A program made the position numbers and the translations under genes. The notes under the pieces were generated by a model that searched no databases, was not told the origin of the DNA, and saw only the letters and a program-made list of their open reading frames with translations. A stretch of 63,008 bases of DNA, counting the filler. It is 4 parts of 4 records of this genome, joined end to end, with 100 filler letters (N's around TTAATTAATTAA, not from the genome) between each part and the next. Parts side by side here need not be neighbours in the genome. Positions count along the whole stretch, not along the records: positions 27,380 to 35,059 come from DRR723986_10359; positions 35,160 to 51,380 come from DRR723986_10369; 2 more parts are not named here. The stretch is one strand, 5' to 3'. Positions 29,527 to 39,314 of this stretch are shown here, in pieces (position 1 is the first letter of the stretch; each line of letters opens with the position of its first letter).

Positions 29527-30446
29527 CTGCGCCAGAAAAGTCCGGACTGACAGGCATCGTGCCAATCCTGCTGACGCCGTTTCGCCACGACCTGACGATC
29601 GACTATGCCAGCCTGCGCCGCGAGGTCGATGCAACGCTGGCGACCGGCGTGCATGGCATCGGCATTGCCATCGGCAGCGAGATTTTCAAGCTGACACCCG
29701 AGGAACGCCGCCAGATGCTGCGCAGCGTGGTCGACCAGGTCGAGGGCGAGGTGCCGGTGGTGATGAACACCTCGGCCCCCGGCACAGCCCCCGCCATGCA
29801 GCTGGCGACAGAGGCCGCCGAGGCAGGGGCCGACCGCCTCATGATCTGGCCGCCCAATTTCTTTGCGCTTGGTCCGGATGCGGTGATCGAACACCTCTCA
29901 CGCATTGCCGAGGCCGCGTCCCTGCCCATCGTGTTGCAGGATGTGCCGCAAGCGCCGATCTCGCCGGCACTGGCCTTGCGCATCGCCGAAACCGTGCCGC
30001 AGGTCGATACAATCAAGGTCGAGACCAACCCCACCGTCGCTCAGGTCAGCGCCATGGCCCAGGCCGTCAAGGGCAAGCTCACCATTTTGGGCGGCGCGGG
30101 CGGAGGCACTCTGGTCGAGGAACACCGGCGCGGCGCGCGCGGCACCATGCCCTTTGCCAGCCAGGCGACAGAGTTCATGGCCGTGTGGCAGGCGCTGGAA
30201 GCAGAACGCGAGGCTGAGGCCGCTCAGATCATCGAGACGCAGATCCTGCCGGTCAGTCGGTTGGGCGTCCAATCCGGTGACATGTTCTATCACGTCCACA
30301 AGGCGTTGCTGAAACAGGCCGGCGTCTTTGCCAATACGCTTGTCCGCCCGCCCACCGCGCTGCCGGACGAGATCGCCCGAGGCGAATTGGACCGGCTTTT
30401 GGACCGTTTCGCCAAGCCTACGAAAACAAAGAAGGAATCTGCATGA
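29523..30446 (+). CDS. DHDPS/NAL family protein (keto-deoxy sugar acid dehydratase/aldolase-like)
   Basis: VPILLTPF, GSEIFKLT, Schiff-base Lys in TIKVE, VLQD in place of the canonical YN. Confidence 0.88.
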   Translation: MTAPEKSGLTGIVPILLTPFRHDLTIDYASLRREVDATLATGVHGIGIAIGSEIFKLTPEERRQMLRSVVDQVEGEVPVVMNTSAPGTAPAMQLATEAAEAGADRLMIWPPNFFALGPDAVIEHLSRIAEAASLPIVLQDVPQAPISPALALRIAETVPQVDTIKVETNPTVAQVSAMAQAVKGKLTILGGAGGGTLVEEHRRGARGTMPFASQATEFMAVWQALEAEREAEAAQIIETQILPVSRLGVQSGDMFYHVHKALLKQAGVFANTLVRPPTALPDEIARGELDRLLDRFAKPTKTKKESA

Positions 30447-31285
30447 AACTTCTCAGAGTTGGCCGCATCGGCCAGGAACGCCCGGCGATGTTGCACGAGG
30501 ATGGGACGATCCGCGACCTGTCAGGCATGGTAGATGACATCGCCGGCGATACTCTTCTGCCCGAAGGGCTGGACAAGCTTCGCGGCCTGAATGCGGACGA
30601 TCTGCCCGTGGTGGCTGAAGGCACAAGGATCGGCGCCTGTGTTGGTCAGGTGGGCAAGTTCATCTGCATCGGCCTCAACTACGCCGACCACGCCGAGGAA
30701 AGCGGCATGGCGGTGCCTGACCAGCCGGTGATCTTCATGAAGGCCACCTCGGCCATCTGCGGGCCGAACGACGATGTGGTCCTGCCCCCCGGCGCCGAGA
30801 AGGGAGACTGGGAGGTCGAACTGGGCGTGGTGATCGGCAAGGAGGCGAAGAACGTCTCGGAGGCGCAGGCGCTGGAGCACGTCGCGGGCTATTGCGTGAT
30901 CAACGACGTCTCGGAACGTGCCTTTCAGCTGGAACACGGCGGCCAGTGGGTCAAAGGCAAGTCGGCTGACACTTTCGGCCCCACCGGCCCCTGGCTGGTA
31001 ACGCGGGACGAGGTGGCCGACCCGGCCAACCTGTCCATGTGGCTGGAACTGAATGGCGAAAAGGTCCAGGATGGCTCGACCAGGACAATGGTGTTCGGCG
31101 TGGCGCATGTGGTGTCGTACCTGTCGCGCTACATGTCGCTACAGCCGGGCGATATAATCTCGACCGGAACACCGCCGGGCGTGGGCTTCGGCATGACACC
31201 GCCGAAATACCTGAAGGCGGGCGACGAGATGCGACTGGGAATTGAAGGCCTAGGCGAGCAGCGCCAGATCGTCCGCCGGGGCTGA
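30443..31285 (+). CDS. Fumarylacetoacetate hydrolase family protein
   Basis: ICIGLNYADHA, DWEVELGVVIG, NDVSER, KGKSADTFGP, GDIISTGTPPGVG. Confidence 0.94.
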   Translation: MKLLRVGRIGQERPAMLHEDGTIRDLSGMVDDIAGDTLLPEGLDKLRGLNADDLPVVAEGTRIGACVGQVGKFICIGLNYADHAEESGMAVPDQPVIFMKATSAICGPNDDVVLPPGAEKGDWEVELGVVIGKEAKNVSEAQALEHVAGYCVINDVSERAFQLEHGGQWVKGKSADTFGPTGPWLVTRDEVADPANLSMWLELNGEKVQDGSTRTMVFGVAHVVSYLSRYMSLQPGDIISTGTPPGVGFGMTPPKYLKAGDEMRLGIEGLGEQRQIVRRG

Positions 31286-31388
31286 TCCCCGGCGCATCCC
31301 TGCTGCTCTCACTCGGCAGTCTTTCAGCGGGATCGGTTACGTTGCCGGTCCCGCAACTTTTACTCGTCTATCCGCGCGCCTTGATCCA

Positions 31389-32102
31389 ATGAATGCAAGA
31401 TCCAGACCCTCACTCCACACTGACACCTTTCAAGATCGCCCGGATCGCGAACCCGAATTCACGGCGGCCGAAATCGGTGCGCTGGCGCATCTGTATCGCG
31501 GCGAGATTTACCGCAGCACAATCTGGCGCACCCGGTTAGACACGACCGCCAATTGGGCCATTGTGCTGACCGGCGTGTCCTTTTCCGTGGCCTTCGCTTC
31601 GCCGGACGCCACGGCGCTGCCGCTGATCCTGGCAGGGCTGCTACTCTCGGTATTCCTGCTGCACGAGGCGCGGCGCTATCGCTATTTCAACGTCTGGCGG
31701 GCACGCGCGCGGCTGATGGAAACGGACTTCTATGCACCGATGCTGCGTAGGGGGGAAGTCCGGCGGGACCAAGGATGGAACACGCTACTGGCCGACGACT
31801 ACGATCGCCCCCGTTTTCACATCAGCTATGTCCGGGCCATCGGGAGGCGGCTGCGCAAGAACTACATATGGATTTTTGCCATCCAAGCGCTGGCTTATTT
31901 CGGCAAGTTGATCATCCATCCGACCCCGCTCGAAGACTCGGCCCAGCTCATCGCGCGCGCGACCGTCGGACCCGTGCCCGGTGAAGTGATCCTTTGCCTC
32001 GGAGCGTTGTTCTATGGCTTTTGGAGCGTCTTTGCCGTCGCGACCTACTTGATCGACAGGGCCGCGCGGCGCGATCGGCGGGCGCTGATTGCCATTGCCT
32101 GA
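31389..32102 (+). CDS. DUF2270 family membrane protein
   Basis: AHLYRGEIYRSTIWRTRLDTTANWA, EARRYRYF, RRLRKNY. Confidence 0.8.
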   Translation: MNARSRPSLHTDTFQDRPDREPEFTAAEIGALAHLYRGEIYRSTIWRTRLDTTANWAIVLTGVSFSVAFASPDATALPLILAGLLLSVFLLHEARRYRYFNVWRARARLMETDFYAPMLRRGEVRRDQGWNTLLADDYDRPRFHISYVRAIGRRLRKNYIWIFAIQALAYFGKLIIHPTPLEDSAQLIARATVGPVPGEVILCLGALFYGFWSVFAVATYLIDRAARRDRRALIAIA

Positions 32103-32158
32103 AAGGCATGCTGTAAGTGCCTTCCCCGGGGGCGACAGCGCGCACCGGCGAAGACCGC

Positions 32159-34042
32159 TCACGCGGCGGGCAGATCCCAGACCCGGATGACCTGACCGCC
32201 TTCGCGCATCGCGTGCAGCTCGGACGCATTCGGCAACGGATCATCCGGCAGTTTGGGCAACACCTCGCCTGGTTTGTGCCGTCCTGCATGGACCCATGCG
32301 CCGAATGACCACTCCCCGGGTTCCAGCGTGCAGATCAACTGCGGCACCCAGGTCCGCGACGCCAAAAGATTGGTATTGGGCTCGGGCTTGATGACGCGCG
32401 GCGTGCGGGCCTTGGGATATGGCAGTGGCGCCGCCACGTCTGCGATGCAGGTCACATCCTGCGCCGTCACCATGCGCGCCAGGGAGGCGGAGAACTCGGG
32501 TTTCAAATTGGGGCCGGGGGTGGGATCGTCGCGGCGCACCGCAAAGCCGCCCTCGACCGTCTGGACATGCCGGGCCGTCTTGATGCGATGAACCCGCAGG
32601 TGCCACGGGGGACGCGCCAGAAGCCAGCTCTCCACCTCGACCTCGGGCATCGGCGACCATGCGGAATAGAGCCAGTCCGGCCCGATCCGCGCCATGCTCT
32701 CCCGACAGCGAACGGCCGCCAGTTCACCATCCTCGGAGAAGGCCAGCATGTTGTCGAATGGCCCGTTCTCGAAGGCGCGTCCTTCGGTTTCGACGCTAAA
32801 GGCGTAGCGGGTGGAATAGGCAAACTTGTTGTATTTCTCCGCGGCCCGCCCGAAGTTGGGCGCCTGCTGACCGCCAGCAAGAACCGTTACATCACCTTGG
32901 TCCTCGAATTTCAACATGCCGGGCTCGGGCAGGCTGACCACCTGCGACCGCGGCCTTGGCGCGGCTTCCTCGGCCTGCCAGAAGGGGTGATCCTCGTGCA
33001 AGACCAGTGGCGCAAAGGCCTTCATCGCCCAATACGGCGAACCAGGGGAATTGTAGCGCTCGCACATGGATAGCTGCGGATAGCCATAACCAATGCTCAG
33101 CGCGCCGCGCGGGTCGCAGATCGGCTTGTCCGCCCACCAGCGCAGGTTGCGCGCCCAAAGCCCACGGATCTCTCCCCAGGGCAGCGCCTCTTCGCCCGCC
33201 ATCGCCAGCGCACCCCAGAAGCCCGCATGGGCAAGGCGATAGGTCAGCGAGCGGCCATAGGGCAGCGCCGCGCCGTCGGCGGCATACCAATGGGCAATCT
33301 GCGGGGCAAATTTCCGTGTCCGTTCACGAAAGCGGTCGCGGCGCGACGTATCGCTGTCGGGGCCGTATTGCGCATAGATTAGCCCATAAAAATGCATGGC
33401 GAATGGGATGTAGTGATCGGCCTGCCGTTTGTCGCCGTCGCGATACCAGCCGTTGCCGATGTCCCAGCTTTCCAACTTGTTCAGGTTTGCGTCTATAATC
33501 GAAAGGTCATGGTCAACGCCCACGCGGGTGAGCCCCAGCGACACCAGCACATGGAAGAAGTTCCAGTTGTTAGGCGCCGGGGTCTGCTGCAACGAGTTGA
33601 GCAGCCAGTCGCGCAGGGTGTCGCGACCATGCTGGCTCATCCCGCCCCAGAAGACCTCTGGCGCCAGCGCCAGCGCATAGCCGATAGCGGCGCTTTCCAC
33701 CATGCGCTGGTCGCGGTTGGTGACCGGCCCCCAGTATTCCCCGTGCTCGGGGTTGGATCCGTTCTCCAGCCCGGTCAGGAATTTCTCGATCCCGTCGAAA
33801 CGGCCCCCGCCGGCGAGCAGCGGCGCCAGCCCCCAGAAAGGACGAACAAGCCCCTCAAGATCGGCCGCAGCGGTATGGAAATGCGCTCCGGTGGCACCCA
33901 GCGTCACGCGGGCACAACTGGGCGAGAAGGCGTCGAGCAAGGGGGTGGTGAGATCCACCACCGCGCGCTGCACATCGGCGCGGGAGGCAAAAGGATTGCC
34001 CGCCATCGGGTTAGGCGAACTGCGGAAGGATAGGTCTTTCAT
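32159..34042 (-). CDS. DUF2264 family protein
   Basis: LEGLVRPFWG, DQRMVESA, NNWNFF, GWYRDG, YGRSLTYR, YNSPGSPYWAMK, KYNKFAYST; TGATG coupling to the upstream ABC ATPase. Confidence 0.85.
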   Translation of the reverse strand: MKDLSFRSSPNPMAGNPFASRADVQRAVVDLTTPLLDAFSPSCARVTLGATGAHFHTAAADLEGLVRPFWGLAPLLAGGGRFDGIEKFLTGLENGSNPEHGEYWGPVTNRDQRMVESAAIGYALALAPEVFWGGMSQHGRDTLRDWLLNSLQQTPAPNNWNFFHVLVSLGLTRVGVDHDLSIIDANLNKLESWDIGNGWYRDGDKRQADHYIPFAMHFYGLIYAQYGPDSDTSRRDRFRERTRKFAPQIAHWYAADGAALPYGRSLTYRLAHAGFWGALAMAGEEALPWGEIRGLWARNLRWWADKPICDPRGALSIGYGYPQLSMCERYNSPGSPYWAMKAFAPLVLHEDHPFWQAEEAAPRPRSQVVSLPEPGMLKFEDQGDVTVLAGGQQAPNFGRAAEKYNKFAYSTRYAFSVETEGRAFENGPFDNMLAFSEDGELAAVRCRESMARIGPDWLYSAWSPMPEVEVESWLLARPPWHLRVHRIKTARHVQTVEGGFAVRRDDPTPGPNLKPEFSASLARMVTAQDVTCIADVAAPLPYPKARTPRVIKPEPNTNLLASRTWVPQLICTLEPGEWSFGAWVHAGRHKPGEVLPKLPDDPLPNASELHAMREGGQVIRVWDLPAA

Positions 34043-35059
34043 CAGGCCACCAGATGTCTTTTGCGCGGATCGGGGATCGGCACCGCAGAGATGAGTTTTT
34101 GCGTGTAGGCTTCGTGCGGCGCATCGCAGATCTGCACGGCGCTGCCGGTCTCGACGACGCGCCCCTTGTGCATCACCGCAACCCGGTCGCAAAAATATCG
34201 CACCACGCCGATGTCATGGGCGATGAACAGGATCGCCAGGTCGAGTTCGTCCCGCAGGTCGAGCAGCAGATCGAGGATCTGCGTCCGGATCGAGCCGTCG
34301 AGTGCTGAAGTCGCCTCGTCCGCGATGATGACCCTAGGATCAAGCGCAATGGCACGGGCGATGCCGATGCGTTGACGTTGCCCGCCCGAGAAGGCGTGAG
34401 GATAGCGCTCCATCGCGGAGGCGGGAAGCCCGACGCGCTCCAAAAGTTCGCCGACGCGCTTGCGCAAGGCCCCGCCCTTGAGGAGGCCGTTGACCAGAAG
34501 CGGCTCAGCAATGATCTGCTCCACCGTCATACGGGGATTGAGAGAGCCGTAGGGATCCTGGAAGATCATCCGTATCTCACGGTAGATCTGCCCGTCGCGG
34601 AAGCTGGCCTTGTCGGTGAGGTCCTTCGACTTGCCGTCGCGGGTGTGGTAGACTGCCCTGCCTCCCTGCGGCTGAAAACGCCCCATGAGCACCCGCGCCA
34701 GCGTGGTCTTGCCCGAACCGGATTCGCCGACGATGCCGAGGATTTCACCACGCCTCAGCGTGATGGACACCTCATCCAACGCCCGCACGCCGTCGGAAAC
34801 CCTTTTCAGCAGCTTCTTTTTGCTGGGAAAGGCCAGCGACAGGCCCTGAGCCTCGATCAGGACCTCGTCGGAGGCCGGGCTGCCGCGTCCGTGCGGGGCT
34901 TCGTCGAGGCCCATCGAGGCCTTGAGCAGCTTTTTCGTGTAGGCGTGGGCGGGGGCGTGGAACACTTGGTCCACCGGGCCTGTTTCGACAACGGCGCCGT
35001 GCAGCATGACGACCACCTGATCGGCGATTTCGGCCACCACGCCCATGTCGTGGGTGATG
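34042..35059 (-). CDS. Peptide/oligosaccharide-type (Dpp/Opp) fused ABC ATPase (5' truncated)
   Basis: End of a first NBD ([12 protein letters not shown]); second [35 protein letters not shown]. Confidence 0.92.
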
Positions 35060-35159
35060 NNNNNNNNNNNNNNNNNNNNNNNNNNNNNNNNNNNNNNNNN
35101 NNNTTAATTAATTAANNNNNNNNNNNNNNNNNNNNNNNNNNNNNNNNNNNNNNNNNNNN
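35060..35159. other. Artificial contig-joining linker
   Basis: N-run + TTAATTAATTAA + N-run. Confidence 0.98.
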
Positions 35160-35565
35160 CCTGACCTACGAAGCGGTCAAGCAGACCACTGACGCAGGTT
35201 ATGGCCAGTCGACCTGCGTCGGCATCGGCGGCGACCCGATTCCTGGTTCGAACTTCATCGATATCCTCGAAATGTTCGAAAAGGACCCTGCGACCGAGGC
35301 GATCGTTATGATCGGCGAAATCGGCGGCACCGCTGAGGAAGAGGCCGCGGCCTATATCAAGGCCAACGTGAGCAAGCCAGTGGTCTCCTACATTGCCGGT
35401 GTCACCGCACCCAAGGGCAAGCGTATGGGACATGCCGGGGCGATCATTTCCGGCGGCAAAGGCACGGCGGATGAAAAGTTCGCCGCGCTCGAGGATGCCG
35501 GGGTCAAGACTGTTCGCAGCCTGGCCGATATCGGCTCAGGACTGGCGGAAATCACCGGTTGGTAG
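35160..35565 (+). CDS. sucD: Succinyl-CoA synthetase alpha subunit (5' truncated)
   Basis: [39 protein letters not shown] phosphohistidine motif. Confidence 0.96.
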
Positions 35566-35580
35566 CCGTCCGCCAGCACC

Positions 35581-35613
35581 AAAAAAGGCCCGCATCAAGC
35601 GGGCCTTTTTTTT
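35581..35613. terminator. Bidirectional rho-independent terminator
   Basis: AAAAAAGGCCCGC-ATCAA-GCGGGCCTTTTTTTT between convergent genes. Confidence 0.92.
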
Positions 35614-35634
35614 GCTCAGGTGGCTGGTGCGACC

Positions 35635-37164
35635 TTACAGGCCCAGCGCGTCCCACTGCAGCGCCGCGGCAGCCTTGATGCGCTCGGCATCTGGCTCCAG
35701 CAGGAACCCGCGGGCAACCGTGTCGTCGGCCGCCTCGGTCACCGCGTCGATATAGCCCTGCTTGTCGCCGTAAAGCGTGGCCATGGTCGCGGCGTCGAAC
35801 AAACTGGTCGTACCGAAGAGCCGGCAGAAACCACTGTCTCCCACATTGGCCTCACCGGACAGGCGAGCTGCGGGCGCGTCCACATAGGGGTTGCGAATAC
35901 CGCCGGTCACATTGCCGCGATCATCAAAGATGAAGGCGCTGTTGTCGTCATTGACGGCCAGTCGGTCTGCCTCTGGCGGCTCGGCACCCTGGGTGACCCA
36001 GGCCGTCAGGGCGTTGAGCGAGGCATTGAACAGCCAGGCCATCGGACCCGAGTTCATCGGGCGGTCACACTGGATGAAACCCAGGATGGAGTTTACTTCC
36101 ACCACGACAGCAAACTGGGGATCCTCGCCGAAATCGGCACGACCAGATACGAAACTGTAGTAGTCCCCGTGGGCAGTTCCGGCAGTCTCCCAGAGTCGGA
36201 AGCGCGCATTATCGTCCTGGCGGGAAGCGATTGAGCCCAGCTCCAGCACATCGGTTTCAGTCTGGAAGTTCATGACGGGCACGTTCAGATCCGTGCGAAT
36301 CGTGGTGCCAGCGGGGGCGTCGATTGCGGTCAGCGGCTCCTGCGACAGGGGTGACGCACTGCCGCCGCGGCTGTGAATCATGTAACCGTCGAAGGGGTTG
36401 TACAGCGGATGTACGCCATTGATGTAGCTCACAAGGCGACCAGCAGACTGGCTCTCACCCATGGCGATGAGTTTGTCCGCTACCAGCCCCTCGAGCAGGT
36501 CGAGTTCTCCGGGTTCACGCAGCGCCTGGGCCACCTGGGAAAACATGTCATAGGAGTAGCTGTCCCCGGGATGCAGCAGGTCACCATAGCGCTCAGGATT
36601 AACTTCCTTGAGGTGCAGGGGTATCAGCCCCCGGTCGGCGCCCTCGATACCCACAAGCTGTGCCGATACGCCTACCCAGGCGTGACCACTGCGCAGGAGT
36701 TCAACGTGACCGGAGCCCCAGCTCGGAGGTGTATCAAAGCCTGCGGTGACGTTGAGCCACTCGACGTACACGACGCCGCTGAAGTCGCCAGGATCCGAGG
36801 GCCGGTACACCACAGCGCGTGTCTTGTAGTCAGCCTCGGAAGCCGGTTCGGTCTCCCACAGGCCATCCTGGCTCAATTCGTTCAGATTGCTGAATGCTGT
36901 GGCCGTACCGCTGAGGAAGAATTCTCGCTGCTGGTAGCCAACGACAGAGAAGTCAAACGTGGTCGAGAGTAGTGACAGCTCACCCGCGTCCGGAGGGTCG
37001 CTCACAACCGGCTGTGAGATCGGCAGGTATTCAGGTTCCGGTTCCGGCGGTGTGACCTCGCCGCCATCGTCCGGACGACTGTTTCCGCTGTCGCCGCAGG
37101 CGGTGAGGCAGGCCAGAAAAAGAATAAAAAGCCAGGATTTGGTCTTATTTGCAAACATTTGCAT
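35635..37164 (-). CDS. Lipoprotein with alpha/beta-hydrolase domain (tannase-related-like)
   Basis: Lipobox LTAC, VEWLNVTAG, GESQSA nucleophile motif, TETD, AGTAH. Confidence 0.78.
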   Translation of the reverse strand: MQMFANKTKSWLFILFLACLTACGDSGNSRPDDGGEVTPPEPEPEYLPISQPVVSDPPDAGELSLLSTTFDFSVVGYQQREFFLSGTATAFSNLNELSQDGLWETEPASEADYKTRAVVYRPSDPGDFSGVVYVEWLNVTAGFDTPPSWGSGHVELLRSGHAWVGVSAQLVGIEGADRGLIPLHLKEVNPERYGDLLHPGDSYSYDMFSQVAQALREPGELDLLEGLVADKLIAMGESQSAGRLVSYINGVHPLYNPFDGYMIHSRGGSASPLSQEPLTAIDAPAGTTIRTDLNVPVMNFQTETDVLELGSIASRQDDNARFRLWETAGTAHGDYYSFVSGRADFGEDPQFAVVVEVNSILGFIQCDRPMNSGPMAWLFNASLNALTAWVTQGAEPPEADRLAVNDDNSAFIFDDRGNVTGGIRNPYVDAPAARLSGEANVGDSGFCRLFGTTSLFDAATMATLYGDKQGYIDAVTEAADDTVARGFLLEPDAERIKAAAALQWDALGL

Positions 37165-37209
37165 AGGGTCCCTGATCAGCGATTTGATGGTGAAAGTGAG
37201 TGATCTGCG

Positions 37210-37236
37210 GTTGAAATTCAAGAGGGCAGCCCCATA
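37210..37236 (+). promoter_or_regulatory. Sigma-32 promoter of htpG
   Basis: GTTGAAA-N13-CCCCATA, matching the gammaproteobacterial RpoH consensus upstream of a heat-shock gene. Confidence 0.85.
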
Positions 37237-37283
37237 AAAGCTGTTCACCTGTTATAAACGACCGTCGTTGTTACGAGGATTCC

Positions 37284-39206
37284 ATGACCGCAGATGTAAA
37301 AAAGGAAACCCTGGGCTTCCAGACAGAAGCAAAGCAGTTGCTTCACTTGATGATCCACTCACTGTACTCCAATCAGGAAATCTTCCTGCGGGAGCTGATT
37401 AGCAATGCCTCGGACGCAATCGACAAGCTGCGCTTTGCGGCGCTGTCCGACGAGGCGCTACTCGAAGGGCAGGGCGATTACGCCATACAGGTAGATGTCG
37501 ACAAGGAAGCGGGTACGATCACTATCAGTGACAACGGTATAGGCATGACCCGCGATGACGCGGTCGACCACCTGGGCACGATCGCCAAGTCTGGCACCGC
37601 CGCTTTTCTGGAAAACCTCACCGGTGACCAGAAGAAGGACTCGCAACTGATCGGCCAGTTCGGAGTCGGTTTTTACTCGGCATTCATCGTCGCTGACCGG
37701 GTTGAGGTCCATACTCGCAAAGCCGGCCAGCCGGCCGACACCGGCGTGCTGTGGGAGTCTCACGGTGAAGCCGAGTTCTCGATCGAGCCCCGAGAGAAAC
37801 CCGCTCGAGGAACCTGCATCACCCTGTTTCTGAAGCAGGATTGCCTGGACTTCGCCGATGACTGGCGCGTCCGCAGTGTGATCAAGAAGTACTCCGATCA
37901 CATTTCCGTACCGGTCATGATGCAAAAGCCGCCAGCGCCGGCCGCCGAGGAAGAGGGTGAGGAAGCCCCGGAGCCCGCCGCCGTGACCTACGAGGCCGTC
38001 AACGAAGCGACAGCCCTGTGGACTCGCAGTCGTTCCGAGGTGAGTGACGAGGAATATACGGAGTTCTATAAGCACGTTTCACACGATTTCGATGAGCCGC
38101 TCAGTTGGAGTCACAACCGGGTTGAAGGCAAGTTTGAGTACACCAGCTTGCTGTACGTCCCGAAGCGGGCGCCTTTTGACCTGTGGAACAGGGATATGGC
38201 GCGCGGCCTCAAGCTCTACGTCCAGCGCACCTTTATCATGGACGAGGCGGAGCAGTTCCTGCCGATGTACCTGCGCTTCATCAAGGGCGTTGTTGATTCC
38301 AATGACCTGCCGCTGAATGTCTCCCGGGAAATCCTGCAGCAGGACGCATCGGTTGAGGCCATGCGCGGCGCGCTGACCAAGCGGGTTCTGGATATGCTCA
38401 CCAAGCTCGCGAAGGCTGGCGGTGAAGACTATGCCACCTTCTGGAGCGAGTTCGGACAAGTGCTGAAAGAAGGTCCGGCTGAAGACGCTGCAAACAAAGA
38501 AAAAATCGCCCAGCTGCTGCGCTTTGCCACCACCCACACCGATGCCGCAACCCAGGATCAGTCGCTGGCTGATTACGTATCGCGCATGCAGGAAGGCCAG
38601 GAAAAGATCTATTACGTTGTTGCGGAGAATTTCAATACGGCCAAACACAGTCCGCACCTTGAGGTTTTCCGCAAGAAGGGTATCGAGGTGCTGCTGCTCT
38701 CCGACCGGATCGACGACTGGTTGATGAATCACCTGCAGGAATTCGACGGTAAGTCCTTCCAGGACGTAGCGCGCGGGGAACTGGACCTGGCGACAGAATC
38801 GGAGGAAGACAAGGCCGAACAGGAGAAACTCGTCAAGGAAAGCGAAGCCCTGGTTGAGCGGCTGGGTAAGGTGCTGGAGGACGAGGTGCAGCAGGTGCGT
38901 GCAACCTCGCGGCTCACCGATTCTGCGGCCTGCCTTGTGGTGGGCGACTATGACATGGGTGCCCAGATGCGGCGCATCATGGAAGCGGCCGGCCAGCCAG
39001 TGCCCCCCAGCAAGCCGATCCTGGAAATCAACCCCGGCCATCCGCTGCTGACCCTGCTGGATGCTGAGCAGGATGAGGACCGCTTCGCGGACCTGGCGCA
39101 TATCGTGTTCGACCAGGCGTCTCTGGCAGAAGGTGGCCAGTTGGACGATCCCGGTGCCTATGTGAGCCGGATGAACAGGCTGCTGCTGCAACTCGCCGGC
39201 AACTGA
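37284..39206 (+). CDS. htpG: Hsp90 chaperone HtpG
   Basis: [43 protein letters not shown]. Confidence 0.98.
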   Translation: MTADVKKETLGFQTEAKQLLHLMIHSLYSNQEIFLRELISNASDAIDKLRFAALSDEALLEGQGDYAIQVDVDKEAGTITISDNGIGMTRDDAVDHLGTIAKSGTAAFLENLTGDQKKDSQLIGQFGVGFYSAFIVADRVEVHTRKAGQPADTGVLWESHGEAEFSIEPREKPARGTCITLFLKQDCLDFADDWRVRSVIKKYSDHISVPVMMQKPPAPAAEEEGEEAPEPAAVTYEAVNEATALWTRSRSEVSDEEYTEFYKHVSHDFDEPLSWSHNRVEGKFEYTSLLYVPKRAPFDLWNRDMARGLKLYVQRTFIMDEAEQFLPMYLRFIKGVVDSNDLPLNVSREILQQDASVEAMRGALTKRVLDMLTKLAKAGGEDYATFWSEFGQVLKEGPAEDAANKEKIAQLLRFATTHTDAATQDQSLADYVSRMQEGQEKIYYVVAENFNTAKHSPHLEVFRKKGIEVLLLSDRIDDWLMNHLQEFDGKSFQDVARGELDLATESEEDKAEQEKLVKESEALVERLGKVLEDEVQQVRATSRLTDSAACLVVGDYDMGAQMRRIMEAAGQPVPPSKPILEINPGHPLLTLLDAEQDEDRFADLAHIVFDQASLAEGGQLDDPGAYVSRMNRLLLQLAGN

Positions 39207-39314
39207 TCGGCAGTCCGGGGGCGACCGGGGCGACAATGCCGGCTAGTGGCTTAGCTGGTAGACTGGCGCCCCGGTCGCGCCTGCGGGCACGACGCCGATC
39301 AACTACAGGGGCGT

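Noticed and set aside
27629-29557. 642-aa minus-strand ORF
   Set aside because: Antisense to the well-supported ABC ATPase, enolase and mutarotase genes
29523-30446. Calling the DHDPS-family gene dapA
   Set aside because: Lacks the GTTGE and YNVP motifs and sits in a catabolic operon
38079-39236. 385-aa ORF antisense to htpG (and similar ones opposite aroC, flhA, flgI, yjbH)
   Set aside because: Codon-bias mirror frames of conserved genes
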